From assembly GCF_009914755.1 (NCBI RefSeq), contig NC_060926.1: DNA of 64,000 nt; one strand, written 5' to 3'. This document shows positions 30,901-45,399 of this stretch, piece after piece. The translations under genes and the position numbers were made by a program. The stretch is from the human T2T-CHM13v2.0 reference genome, Homo sapiens. The notes beneath the pieces are model-generated. The model had not been told where the DNA came from. It searched no databases and saw nothing but the letters and a program-made list of their open reading frames with translations. The number at the start of each line of letters is the position of its first letter. The first letter of the stretch is position 1.

Positions 30901-32071
30901 ATTTGGAATTTGAGAATTAAAGCCATCTTTTAAATAGAAAGTCTTTCTAATTAAAAATCTCTAAAGGCTTTTAATAGAATTATATTTTTAAAGGATAGAA
31001 AATTCTCTAAAGTCTTTTTAATAGAAAGAATTCTATCAAGAAGAATAGAAAATTCTCTAAAGTCTTTTTAATAAAATATTCTCCATATTACTACGGCAAC
31101 TGAAATCAGACCAGAATGAAGGTGGATGTCTATAAGATCCCTGCTGTGTTTCCATCTTCTGGATGGTTTGCCAAAAAAGTCTAAGAGAAATTTTAGCTAA
31201 GCATTATGTAAACTATCCTGTGACCAAGACCCACTTGGCTTTGATCCCCATTACCCCAACCCCTTTCCTGAATTCTTTATTGTCTCTGAAATAGATCAAT
31301 GAGGAAATGGTTTCTTTCCAAACCTCTGTTGGGGATAATAAACCTGCTACATGCCTGGTAGGATGATCATGCTTCTGCCTTAAGGCTTATATCCTGGAAT
31401 ATATCCTGGAATATATATATATATATATCTCCTGGAATATATCCTCTGATGTAAAAATTAAATCCCAGTTTAAACATAAAATCCTGGAATCTATCCCTTA
31501 ACATCTGCTCCAACAGAAACTGAAGTCTGAGCTAGTGTTTTTTTCTTCCCCAGAGTTGTGCTTATGCATGTAGAGGTGTTATGGACTGAATGTTTGTGTC
31601 TCCCCCAGAAGTCATATATTGAAGACTTAACCCCCCAGTGTGATGATATTTGGATATGGGCCTTTGGGTGGTAAAGTTAGGTGGGGCCATGAGGGTGGGG
31701 TGCTCGTGATGGGATTAGTGCCCTTATAAAAAGAGATGTGAGAGAGCTTGTTCTTTCTCCTTCCATGCTTGCAAAAGAGGTCATGTGAACACATAATAAG
31801 AAGGTAGCCATCTGCAAGCCAGGAAGAGAGCCCTCACTAGAACTTGACCCTGCCAGCATCTTGATCTTGGACTTTCAGCCTCCAGATTGTGAGAAAATAA
31901 ATGTCTGTTGTTTGAACCACACAACTCATAATTTTTTACGGCAGCCTGAGCAGATTAAGACATATTTTGGTACTGAGAAGCAGGGTGCTACTGTAACCAT
32001 AACTAAACATGTGGAAGCAGCTTTGAAACTGGGCAATGGGTAATGGGTAGAGGCCAGAAAAGTTTTTTTTT

Positions 32072-32220
32072 GTTGTTTGTTTGTTTGATTATTTTTATTT
32101 TTGTAGACACAGGGTTTTGCTATGTTGCCCAAGCTAATCTTGAACTCCTGTTCTCAAGCGATCTTCTAGCCTCAGCCTCCTAAAGTGCTGGAATCGCAAG
32201 TGTAAGTGATCAAAGCGGCC
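32072..32220 (-). mobile_element. FLAM_C/AluJ left monomer, diverged
   Basis: ttgctatgttgcccaagcta...ctcaagcgatcttct are J/FLAM diagnostics. No TSD of its own. Confidence 0.88.
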
Positions 32221-32232
32221 AAAATACCCCCC

Positions 32233-33800
32233 TTTTTTATTATACTTTAAGTTCTGGGATACATGTGCAAAACATGCAGATTTGTGACATAGGTATACAC
32301 GTGCCATGGTGGTTTGCTGCACCCATCAACCCATTATCTACAGTAGGTATTTCCCTAATGCTATCCCTCCCTTATCCCCCAACCCCCTGACAGGCCCAGG
32401 TGTGTGATGTTCACCTCCCTGTGTCCGTGTGTTCTCATTGTTCACCTCCCACTTATGAGTGAGAATATGCGGTGTTTGGTTTTCTGTTCCTGTGCTAGTT
32501 TGCTAAGAATGATTGTTTCCAGCTTCATCCATGTCCCTGCAAAGGACATGAACTCATCCTTTTTTATGGCTGCATAGTATTCCATGGTGTATATGTGCCA
32601 CATTTTCTTCATCCAGTCTATCACTGATGGACATTTGGGTTGGTTTCAAGTCTTTGCTATTGTGAACAGTGCTGCAATAAACATACATGTCTTTATAGTA
32701 GAATGATTTATAATCCTTTGGGTATATACCCAGCAATGGAATTGCTGGGTCAAAAGGTATTTCTGGTTCTAGATCCTTGAGGAATCGCCACACTGTCATT
32801 CATGGCCATACTGCCCAATGTAATTTATAGATTCAATGCTATCCCCATCAAGCTACCATTGATTTTCTTCACAGAATTAGAAAAAACTACTTTAAATTTC
32901 ATATGGAATCAAAAAAGAGCCAGTATAGCCAAGACAATCCTAAGCAAAAAGAACAAAGCTGGAGGTATCTTGCTACCTGACTTCAAACTATACTGTAGGG
33001 CTACAGTAACCAAAACAGCATGGTACTGGTACCAAAACAGATATATAGACCTATGGAAGAGAACAGAGGCCTCAGAAATAATGTCACACATCTACAACCA
33101 TCTGGTCTTTGACAAACCTGACAAAAACAGGCAATGGGGAAAGGATTTCCTATTTAATAAATGGTGTTGGGAAAACTGGCTATCCATATGCAGAAAACTG
33201 AAACTGGACCCCTTCCTTACATCTTAGACAAAAATTAACTCAAGATGGATTAAAGACTTAAATGTAAGACCTAAAGCCATAAAAATTCTACAAGAAAACC
33301 TGGGCAATACCATTCAGGACATAGGCATGGGCAAAGACTTCTTGACTAAAACACCAAAAGCAATGGCAACAAAAGCCAAAATTGACAAATGGAATCTAAT
33401 TAAACTAAAGAGCTTCTGACAGCAAAAGAAACTATCATCAGAATGAACAGGCAACCTACAGAATGGGAGAAAATTTTTGCAATCTATCCATCTGACAAAG
33501 GGCTAATATCCAGAATCTACAAAGAGCTTAAACAAATTTACAAGAAAAAAAAAACAACCCCATCAACAAGTGGGTGAAGGATATGAACAGACACTTCTCA
33601 AAAAAAGACATTTATGTGGCCAATAAACATGAAAAAAAGCTCATCATCGCTGGTCATTAGAGAAATGCAAATCAAAACCACAATGAGATACCATCTCACA
33701 CCAATTAGAATGGTGATCATTAAAAAGTCAGGCAACAACAGATGCTGGAGAGGATGTGGAGAAACAGGAATGCTTTTACCCTGTTGGTGGGAGTGTAGAT
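32233..33800 (-). mobile_element. L1PA7-like insertion with a 5' inversion (3' end on minus 32233-32797; inverted ORF2 segment on plus 32802-33800)
   Basis: L1PA7-type 3' UTR; plus-strand ORF2 peptide [19 protein letters not shown]...TAWYWYQNR. The two pieces are nearly contiguous in the L1 consensus. Confidence 0.95.
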
Positions 33801-35464
33801 GAGGCCAGAAGAGTTTTGAGTTGCATGCTAGAAATATAAACATTAAGGGTGGTTCTGGCATGGAAATAGGGAACATGTTATTGGAAACTGGAAGAAACGC
33901 AATTCTTGTTATAAAGTGGCAAAGTACTTGGCTGAACTATGTTCTGGTGTTTTGTGTGAGGTAAAACTTGTAAGCAATGAAACTGGATATTTAGCTGAGG
34001 AGATTGCTAAGCAAAGTGTTTGAAGGAGAAGCCTAGTTTATTCTGACTGCTTATAATAAAATGCAAAAAGAGAAACATGAATTGAAGAATGAATTTTTAA
34101 GCAAAACATTTTGGAAAATTCTCAACCTAACATTATTGCAAAGAAGAAGAAAGCTTGTTCTGAAGAGAACACTAAGGGTGTGGCTAAACAACCATTTGAA
34201 AAAGATCATGGGTGCAACTCATGGACTTAATCAGCCATCTCAACAGAGGCTGGGAATACAGATTGGATTATGCCATCAGAGATACTGCCAGTTTGAAGTA
34301 AAGGAGACAGAAAAGGTAGTAGAGAATGGAGGAAGGCTGTCAGACTTTTTGGATTTTACAGGATGAAACCATAGAGTATTTCGCTTTGAACGTGTGCTAC
34401 CTTTCAAGAACAGAGAAGGAACCCAAGGATGATTCAGAAGTCCTTAGGACTGCCACTCTCACCATGGTCCAGGCCCAGTGGGACAGGCTGCCTCCACCTC
34501 AGTTTCAAAGGGTAGTGCTGTGCCCAGCAGATCATGGATGGGGACTTTCTGAGAATTCAATGGATGGAGCTTCCCCCTACCCTCAGCTGAGGTAATAAGG
34601 CTACCCCCACAGAACTGAAGGGGTTGGGCCACCCACAGAGCTGGGGGGTGACAATGCCACTCCAATGCACCTCGAAAGGGCAGAACATCAAAGCAAAGCG
34701 GATAATTCTTGAACTTTAAGACCTAATGGAATTTGTCTTGCTAAGTTTGGACTTGCTATCACCCTTTCTTCTTTTGTATTCTCCCTTTTGGAATGGGAAT
34801 GCCTATCCTATGCCTGCCCCACCATTGTAATTTGGAAGCATGTAATGTGTCTGGTTTCACAGGCTCATCACTAGAAAGGATTTTTTTTTTTGCTTCAGGA
34901 TGAATTATACCTCAAGTGTTACCCATATTTGATTTAGATACTATTTAGATGAGACTTCAGACTTAAGAACTGATGCTACAATGAGTTAAGACTTTAGGGC
35001 TATTGGAATGGAGCGAGTATATATTTTGCATATGAGAAGAAAATGAATTTTTGGAGTCCAGGGGTGGAATGTTACAGGTTCAATGTTTATGCCTCAACCC
35101 CTCTGCCATTTATATATTGAGGCCCTAACTCCCAACGTGATGGAATTTGGAAAATGGGGCCTTTGGAAGGTAATTAGGATTAGATGAGGTTGTGTGGGTG
35201 GAGCCCTGTAAGAAGAGACATCAGGGAGCTTGCTTGCTGTCTCTCTCTTCCTGCACATATGTATACAAAGAAGAAGTCATGTGAGCACATGGTGTGATGG
35301 CGGCCACCTACAAGCCACAAGAGGAGAACTCAGAATGAAACCTACCTTACCAGCACCTTAATCTTGGAGTTCACCCGACTCCATAACTGTGAGAAATAAA
35401 CTTCTTTCTTTTAAGCCATCTAGTCTATGGTATTTTGTTATGGCATTCTGAGCTAAGACAGGAG

Positions 35465-35610
35465 TTAATATTTATTAAATACCAACTATGTGCTAGGCAC
35501 TGTGCCTCATTTAATTTTAAAACAAAACTAGGAAGTAGGTTTTAGTATTTCCAATTTGCCTGTGAAGAAAATAAAGCTCAGCATCACAAAACTAGTAAGT
35601 GATGGCAGAT
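35465..35610 (-). mobile_element. MIR fragment
   Basis: tatttattaaataccaactatgtgctaggcactgtgc...gtgaagaaaataaagctca. Confidence 0.65.
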
Positions 35611-35619
35611 ATTATCACA

Positions 35620-36400
35620 TTGCCTTCCACTCCAAAGAAGCTGAACTGATTTATTCTCTCACCAACAATCCCCTCCCCACACACTTACCAACCTTGATAA
35701 CTAACCCCCAATACATAGATATGTTTTATTGTTAGGGTTTGATTTCATTTCTCCCTTTTTCAAGCTAATGATTAAAAATGACTGACAACTTCTGAACTTG
35801 GTACAAAATATTGTCTTTGATATAATATGAGCAGGTATACATCTACGTTACTTTTTGAATGGCTATATTTTATATTATTGCATATATGTAAAATCTTGTT
35901 GTGACTATTTATTCAACAAACCCCTATGCCCCATAAAACACTTTTAAGTTGTATCAAGTCCTTCTCTGTTAAAGAAAAGCAACAACAATTTTTAAAAGAT
36001 GCTTCAATAAACAGCCAGTATACCTATCTTTGTGGTTATGTGTAAGTCGATTGGTAGGATATAGTCCCAGGAGTAGAAGTGATGTTCAGAAGACATACAA
36101 ATTTTTTATCTTACGTAGTCTTCTCTACTAAAAAAATTTATTCTGTGTTTTCTTCTAGTTCTTCTATGATTTCATTTTTTTACATTTATTTCTTGGATTC
36201 ATCTGAAGTTTATTTTGGCATCAATAGTAGTGAAAGTTTGAACCTTAGTAATTTTTACTAATGCCATTTATTGACAAATCAATTTTCAACATTGATTTGA
36301 AATGCTGCTTTTATTGCATAAAAAATCCTTATATATACTGATCATCTTCTGGACTATCAATTCTATTTTGTTGATCTAGTTTTCTAATTTCAAATTATTT
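35620..36400 (-). mobile_element. Very old L1 (L1ME/L1M5-like) fragments
   Basis: ttctgtgttttcttctagttcttctatgatttcattttttacattt and ctggactatcaattctattttgttgatct are antisense ORF2 motifs. Confidence 0.55.
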
Positions 36401-36411
36401 AATATCCCCAT

Positions 36412-36600
36412 AGCAGCATGCTAAAATGCAAAGGCCCTAGAATGAGGGTGACTGAGGTCAAATCCTAACTCTCCCATTTATGAAATATGTGACTTTAGCC
36501 TAGCCCCTAAAGTGTATTTGTTCTTCAGCTTCCTCATCTCTAAAAAGATAAAATGTCAAACTAGTATTGCCTAATGACTCCTTCCCTAAGCCAAAATCTT
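36412..36600 (+). mobile_element. MIR fragment
   Basis: tcaaatcctaactctcccattta...ttcagcttcctcatctctaaaaga. Confidence 0.6.
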
Positions 36601-37390
36601 GAGATGGACAGAAGAGAGGAAGGGGTTGAAGGAACTCCCCTTAAGAAACCATACTCAGAAAGTCACACATACACACACAAACCCATGAGGATTCATGGGG
36701 AAGCAGAAGAGTGCTGGGGACTTATATAGGTAGGAAGTGGTGAATTGGAAAGGGAAGGCATCAGGGGGAACTTTTAGGAAATAACTTGAGAAAAGGAGGT
36801 TCTAGTTTTACCCTGTTATTGCCCACATTGTTCTGGGGGAGTTGAGCTCAGAGGTGAGATTAGGGAAACTGAAACTGGTTTGGAACTGAGTGATGTGTTC
36901 CTAGTACACTGTAAAATTTGGCTGAAGCTTGCCTTTTGGGTGAATATCAGAGGATACTCAGAGCCCCACAAAATAGCGGTCTCAAAACCCAAAACAAATA
37001 ATAATGCAACTGAAGGAATATACACTAATGATGAAGCTAGGACTCCCAGGTTCACCCTTTCCCTACTGTTCTCCCAAGGAGGAAGGTAGTAGTACCAGCT
37101 TGAGCCTCAGGATAACATCACACACCACAGTACTGAAGGCTGTCATGGACGACAGCCTCCACTAAGACAGGTGAAATATCAAGGTTAGCTGGCAAGTGGC
37201 TGAGTTGGTATTTGAACATGGTCTCTGATTACAAAACCCATGTTCTTCCTACGAAGTAATTTTTCTCCATTGGGGGAATTCTTCAATAATGACAACAATG
37301 ACAATTTTCCTCTTGTCATTCAATATAGAACACTATTGGATCCTAAATTTCTTTTAGTATAATGATTATAATAATAACAATAAAAAACTA

Positions 37391-37531
<141 letters not shown>

Positions 37532-39522
37532 GTGTTTTTTCAAAGGTACAGAATGTTAAGAGAGGGATATTTAGTTGCTTGACATTTTCTCGTCTTGGCT
37601 TTTATTCCTAGAATCTGACAGATTACAAGAGACTTTGAACTGGCTTCAAGGATCTCCTTAGCCTTACTGATCCTAAACTCACCACAAGAGATGTGATTAT
37701 GACTGTGTCATTCTTTTAATTCAATTCAGAATCCCCAGTGGTTACCCGCTGACTATAGGCCAGATTCCTCATTATGAATGCTATTTTGTGCTCATTATCC
37801 AGGAAGGGGTTATAAGATATTAGAAGGATTCTTGAGGCATTGTTCCTTTTAGTGTAAGGTTAAGGGGTTAATTGAACATCGGATAATCTCTGAGGTCCGA
37901 CTCAAACTAAAGTTTTCAAGTCCCTATACCAATAGGCTTCAAATTATCTCCTAAGCCTCGTCTTCTCTAACTCCTTGATATAAACCTATCTTTATTTTTT
38001 ATGTACTTATAATTTTTTCCATTAGAAATGGAATCAGTTCAGAATGCATAAAGCTTGATATTTAAGAGCTCAAGATCAATGAAGCCTTTTCCTTCTGCTT
38101 CAGTGAATTTATTAATTCAGCTCTTCATGTTCCATAAATTGTCACTGATTTAGTAATTTGATGAAAACATTTATATACAAATATTCCATAAAATATAAAG
38201 CCTATAGATACCAAGAAGTTTACTCAGCCATAGATAGAGTCTTAGAATAAAACACTCTGAATACACACAAATGAATAAGATATAAGAATATAATAGAAAA
38301 GCACTTATACTGGAGGAGTTTGATGATATATGTCCCTGGAGACAAAATTGTATTAGAATCACCTTCTCTCCATCCTGTTTTATTTCAAAGACCTTTCATA
38401 TAGTACATTGCTTTTATGTTTAGAGTTTATGCCTAAATTTAACTCCATTATTCTTTTAGTTACTTTACTATTTATTTGTTTAAAAAAAGATTTGAAATGC
38501 TGGCGTACAATAAACTATTGCAAAGCTTCACAAAGTTCTAAACTCTCCTGGACTCTTTAGTAACTGAGTTATCCTAGATAGTTGCTTTCTATGTAGCTAT
38601 TCTTTTTAAGAAGAGCATTTTAAAATAATTTTTGTCATTCCAAAAGAAATTTTTCCATAATGAGGGCATCCTCATCAGAGGATAATGAACATAGTATTTT
38701 AGTTATGATTAAGATCATCGCTAATCTTTTCCCTTTCTTCAGCAGCATTTATTGAGCAGATATTGGGTGAAGTTGACTATACAGAGTCTGTATAGGACAG
38801 GAGTGCTTTCATTTTCATTCATTCCAAAATAATTTGAAACTTCAATTTTGTTATTTCCTTATCCAATGAATTATTTAGAAGTGACATAAAATATCTAGCT
38901 GTCTGGGTTCTTTTTTAAAAAAATTTCTAATTTTAACATATTGTGCTTAGTTAAGTAGTTTATATATACATATTTAAAATTTTGCTGTAATTTCCTTAGT
39001 GGCTTCTATAAGAGCATTTTTTTTGGTACATGTTATCAAGTAAACTGTGTATTCTCAGTTAGGTGTAAGTTCTATGTATATCTATTAGGATAACCTTGTT
39101 AATTTTATATTTAAATACTCTATATTTTTATTCATAGTATATCATAGTAGCAGACTGTAACAGACCACTATGATGTGATGTGTATTTGTTAATTTTCTTT
39201 TGTGATTTTACTAACTTTTTAGGTATTTCAAAATGATATTGAGGCATTTTAGGTTCATGATCATTATATCTTGCTGGTAAATTATTTGACAATATGAAAT
39301 GTCCTGTTTTGATACTTTTAATGCTTTGACTTTCAATTCTATTTTGTCTGATACTGATGTTGCTGTTCCCATCCTACTGTTAGTACCTGCCAGGTGTAGG
39401 CTTTCAAACTTGGAATCATCATGGTTTTGGCTCTCTCCAGTAAGCAGCACTTAGCCGGAGTCTTAAAAATCCAACCTGATATTTTACCTTTTATGAAACA
39501 AATTTACCCCATTCATATTTAT

Positions 39523-39624
39523 TTATTTATTTATTTTGTGAGACAGAGTCTCTCTCTGTTGCCCAGGCTGGAGTGCAGTGGCACGATCTCGGCGCACTGC
39601 AGCTTCTGCCTCCTGGGTTCAAGC
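39523..39624 (-). mobile_element. 5'-truncated Alu (3' ~85 nt plus tail)
   Basis: 9-bp TSD catatttat at 39514-39522 and 39625-39633. Confidence 0.9.
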
Positions 39625-40173
39625 CATATTTATGGTTATTAAAAATATATATTTAAACCTACTCCTGCCATCTTATTTTGTGTTTTCATTTTAACCTTCC
39701 TTTCTTTCTTGTTTTCTTGTTTCCCCTTCCCAGCCTTTTCAGGGATTAATGAAATTTTCTTTGTTCCACTTTTCATGTACTGTTTTGAAAACTATATTCT
39801 ATCTTTATTCTTCCAGTGGTTATATTAACTTTTTAGTCACAAGTGGTTGAATTTGTATTTTCTAATAGTATCTATAATCACTGTCCATTGTCCCCTTTTG
39901 ATGAACCTTAGAATGCTTTTTTCCCTAAATTCTTCATCAGCACCTACACTTCTATTTTCCACAACCCATGTTGAAATAACCTGGAATTTTTGGCACAGAG
40001 TATTTATTAAATATAGTTTTGCAATTATATTTCATAGAAAAATAGATTTTTGGCTTTCTTTGCTAACCACTGCAGCTCCTCGTGAGGTCCTGGATTCATT
40101 TTCTTTGTGTATTCTCTAGTAGTAGTTTCAGCTTTCAGAGAGATTCTGCTGTGTTATTAAAACTCTGAATTGG

Positions 40174-40641
<468 letters not shown>

Positions 40642-42299
40642 TTATCTATGAAAAATCTATGCCAAATTTGATTAGAATTACTATAAACAATCTTTTTTTC
40701 ACTCTCTCTGAAATCTTCAATAGTTACTCTTTATACTTATAGCTTTTAACATATTGACTATATCCTTAATGCTCTGAATTCTCATTACATTTGTACAGAT
40801 GTGGGGCCTTTTGTTTTTGTGATGTGTTTGTTTGTTTAAATCCTGCTCTGTGGTTGGTGAACTGTTTCCATTTGAGGGCTTATATTTTTCTTCACTTATA
40901 AGAAATTCCATCCTATTATTTCTTCAGATTTTACTTCCCTTCTATTTTCTTTATTAGCTATTAGCTAGAAGTTATGACTTAACAGAACTCTCTTCCATGT
41001 CTTTTAAGTTTTCAACTTTTTTTATCACCTTGTGCTACATTCCTACGTTCTGTCTTCTATATATCAAATTCCCTTTTCAGCTGTTCTCATTTTTCTATTT
41101 GCATCTACTGAATTTTTTATTTTAATAATTACATTTTTTAAAATTTCCAGGGTTTGACTTTGGTTTGTTTTATCACAGATAGCTCCTTATTCGTTATTTT
41201 GATGCCATACTATATTTGAAGACACTAATTAAGCTTCTTAAGAAAAGTCCTTTTCTTATCATCTATTAAATTTTTCAAAGTTGTAATTCTGTTGGGCTGT
41301 TATATATATTTTTTTATGGAGGCTGCATGCTAAATATTGTTGATTCTTGACTGTAGGCTCATCTTGGTGATTTGAATTCCCCGCTAGACTCCTTATGCTT
41401 TCACTCCCACAGCCAGCCTTAGGGGAGGTATAGAAACAGCTTTTGAGGTTTGTGCTCCTCACTGTTTTCAGTGAGAATGAGGGAAAGTTGAGATGGGTAT
41501 TGCTGACCCTGCCCCTCATTCTTAGGCTGGCTCCTATGCAGAGACAGACTTGAACTGGTAGAGAGGTAAAGAGTGGGATGTACATGGCATGACCAGAGTG
41601 GATGCCTCAACTCATTTTCTTATGATTTGCCTTAGCTTCCACCTCCTGTCTAGTCCTACCTTCTACCATGTCTAAGCATGGGCACCCTTGGTGATGCTCC
41701 CGTCTTCTGTGGCAGGACTTTCTAAAAGTTTCCAGTACAAACTCCAGACTACAATTACTCTCTGCAAACAGCCTGTGTACTTTTAGACTTTCTGGGATTT
41801 CTCATCATTTTGATTAGCCAAAAATCTCTTTGAATTTAGAAAACAAGCTATACATTCATATACTTAAAAAATAACTTAAGGCTTAGAGTGGAAGGACAGA
41901 AGCTGAGAAAGGAGAGGATATCATCGTGCAATTAGTGTTCCATCTTGAAAGTGAAAGCCTCCATTTATATTTTGTGTTGTTTCCCTTTTGTATTGATATT
42001 AGGGATACTAAGCAATTGTCACCTACTTTGCAAATACTTGTTACATGTGCCTTTAAATTTCATTTCAGGTATCTTCAGAGACACAGATGTTTTACATTTT
42101 AATGCGGACAAATCTGTTCATTTTTCACTTTAAGATTTCTGGTTGTTGTGTCATGCTCATGAGGCCTTTTTACTCCACAATTTTAAAAGTTTCCTGTATT
42201 ACCTTCTGAAATTTCATGGTTCACTCTTTCATATTTAGATATTTCATGTTCAGATATAGATCTATGAGGACTTTAGTTTTCGGTTTGAGGTGAGGTTTC

Positions 42300-43254
<955 letters not shown>

Positions 43255-43269
43255 CGAGATATGCTTTTT

Positions 43270-44150
43270 GAGTTAAGAAGATTCCTTTTATTTCTAACTT
43301 ACCCAGTGGCTTTGTTGTTGTTTTAATCAGAAATGAGTGTTAAATTTTATTGAAGATTTTCACACCTGTTAACTATATCATATAGCTGTTCCCCTTAAAT
43401 CTTCCTATGTAATAAATTCCAATTATTACATTAATAGAGTCCTTAAAGTAGAACTATATTTAAATATGACCGTAAGATGGTATTCTTTTAATGCAATGCT
43501 GGACTTCATTTTGTTTATAATTTTTGTGTATGTTCAAGTGTTTCATTGATTTATAGTTTTCTTTTTTATCCTATCTTTGTCCAGTTTTGTCACTGAGTTT
43601 ATGCTAGATGCAAACTGAGAAGTTTATCAGCTTTTTCTTTAATCTTTAACAATTTATATATCATGAGTTATCAGGGCCTCATGCCCTTTGAAGGACATGT
43701 ATATATATATATATATATTTACTATGGTTCTAATTTCCTCTAGTGTTATGGATCTATTCATTCTTTTCATTAAAATTTGTAATATTTGTTATGTCCCCTC
43801 TTCTAATTTAATTTTTGTTAAATTTTATTAAATTTTCAGTGGTTATATCAGTTTTTAAATTCCTGCCATGCACTGCTCTTATTGATTACAGTTTCTAAGG
43901 GCTCATGTATTGTCAAAGAATGTGAGTTTTGATTTCACAATTTTACCATTTTCTAACTTATTTATTTTTGCTTTTATTTTTATTTCTTTCTTCTGTTTTC
44001 CTTGATTTTATTTTGTTTTTCCCTTTCTAATACTTCGAGGGTTGTTAATTTTTTTGTTTAATTAGAAGGCATTTGGGGCTATAAAGTTTTCTATATTTCA
44101 CAAGTTTTGATTAATAATATCTTGTTCTAATGTTTCCTAAGTAGTCCGTT
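43270..44150 (-). mobile_element. Very old L1 ORF2 fragments
   Basis: aatcagaaatgagtgttaaattttattg and atgctggacttcattttgtttataatttttg are antisense L1 motifs. Confidence 0.55.
43435..43745 (+). repeat. Copy 1 of a ~300-bp direct duplication
   Basis: Colinear with 44793-45084 by eye. Confidence 0.9.
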
Positions 44151-44792
44151 AATTCATAAAATTCTTCATCAAATGGCTTGTACAATAAGAAACTAAAATA
44201 GCATGCTTCATGTCAGTCTCTTACAAGTAGAATATCTTTCCATTTCTCCATGGATTTTTGAAGTATTCCAGGCTATATTTTACTTTCAGTAACTCATATC
44301 AGGTGAAAGAGGAAGGAACTGAGCCAACACCACATTCCTCTGGAGTATGTTTGGTATTCTTCAGGTACAATTTTACTCATGAAAGTCTTTTTTAGAATTA
44401 TAGTCTTACTGCAAACAAAAAGGAACCTGAATCTTTATAGGTGATCTATTTCTTTTTCATTACTAATTGGGAAAATGTACATACTTAACTATGTGTTTAT
44501 CAATATTAAAACTTTTGAATTCTAAAATTACCAAAAATATGAGAGCTTTAAGTAATAAAAATTGGTACATTTCATCTTTAAATATTTTAATTGCCTTATG
44601 TATGAAATAAAGTATCATATTAATTTGACATGGCAATTTCTATTTCATTGTCTTTATTTATTTATAGTGCTGTATAGAAACTTAATATGACCACAGAAAG
44701 CCTTTCTATTATCTGCCATAGGGATTTAAAGATATTTTCTTTTGTCTTCTCCAATCATCTCATTTATTAAAACTAAAGTTTCATGTTTTTAG

Positions 44793-45084
44793 TAGAGTCC
44801 TTGAAGTAGAAATATATTTAAATAAGACCATGAAATGGTATCCTTTTAATGCAATGCTGGACTTTGCTTATAATTTTTGTAAGTATATTAAAATGTTTTA
44901 TTGGTTTATAGTTTTCTTTTACATCTTATTTTTGTCCAATTTTTGCATTGTGTTTATGCTAGATGCAAACTAGGAAGTTTTCAGCTTTTTCTTTGGTCTT
45001 TAACAATTTATATATCATGATTTATTGGGGCCTGGTGCCTTTTTGAGGGATGTATTTTTACTATGGTTCTAATTTCCTCTAATG
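44793..45084 (+). repeat. Copy 2 of a ~300-bp direct duplication
   Basis: Shares blocks such as cttttaatgcaatgctggactt, gtttatgctagatgcaaact, tctttaacaatttatatatcatga and tttactatggttctaatttcctcta with copy 1. Confidence 0.9.
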
Positions 45085-45139
45085 AATTCATTCCTAAGGA
45101 GCCTATTAAATTTTCTCTCTGCTCTACATCACTGCACCA

Positions 45140-45350
45140 GCAACAATAATTATTAGCTTTGTGAACTTTGGCAAATATCTTAACCTCTCTGTGCTTCAAT
45201 TTCTTCAAATGTAAAGTAGGGATAACCGCAGTTTCTATCTCACAGGATCTTTCCAAAGTTAAGAGTCTATAACATAAAGTATTTACAATAGTCCTGGGGA
45301 TAATGTTAGTGCTATATACATTAGCGCTATTATAATATTTTTATCATAAT
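45140..45350 (+). mobile_element. MIR SINE
   Basis: actttggcaaatatcttaacctctctgtgcttcaatttcttcaaatgtaaagtaggga. Confidence 0.8.
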
Positions 45351-45399
45351 ATAGAAGTAATCATAGCTGCCTCCATTGAAAACCTTATGGCTATTTTTT

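Larger units (their letters stand above)
31577..35460 (+). mobile_element. Two-LTR MLT1A-family MaLR provirus (5' LTR 31577-31962, internal 31963-35069, 3' LTR 35070-35460)
   Basis: Both LTRs run tgtta...taagaca. The internal region starts tattttggtactgagaag, has MaLR-int motifs (ttgttataaagtggcaaag) and ends in a purine tract ggggtggaa. Confidence 0.9.

Noticed and set aside
32802-33227. 141-aa ORF with clear protein similarity
   Set aside because: It is an L1 ORF2 fragment in the inverted part of a truncated L1 and ends at a premature stop.
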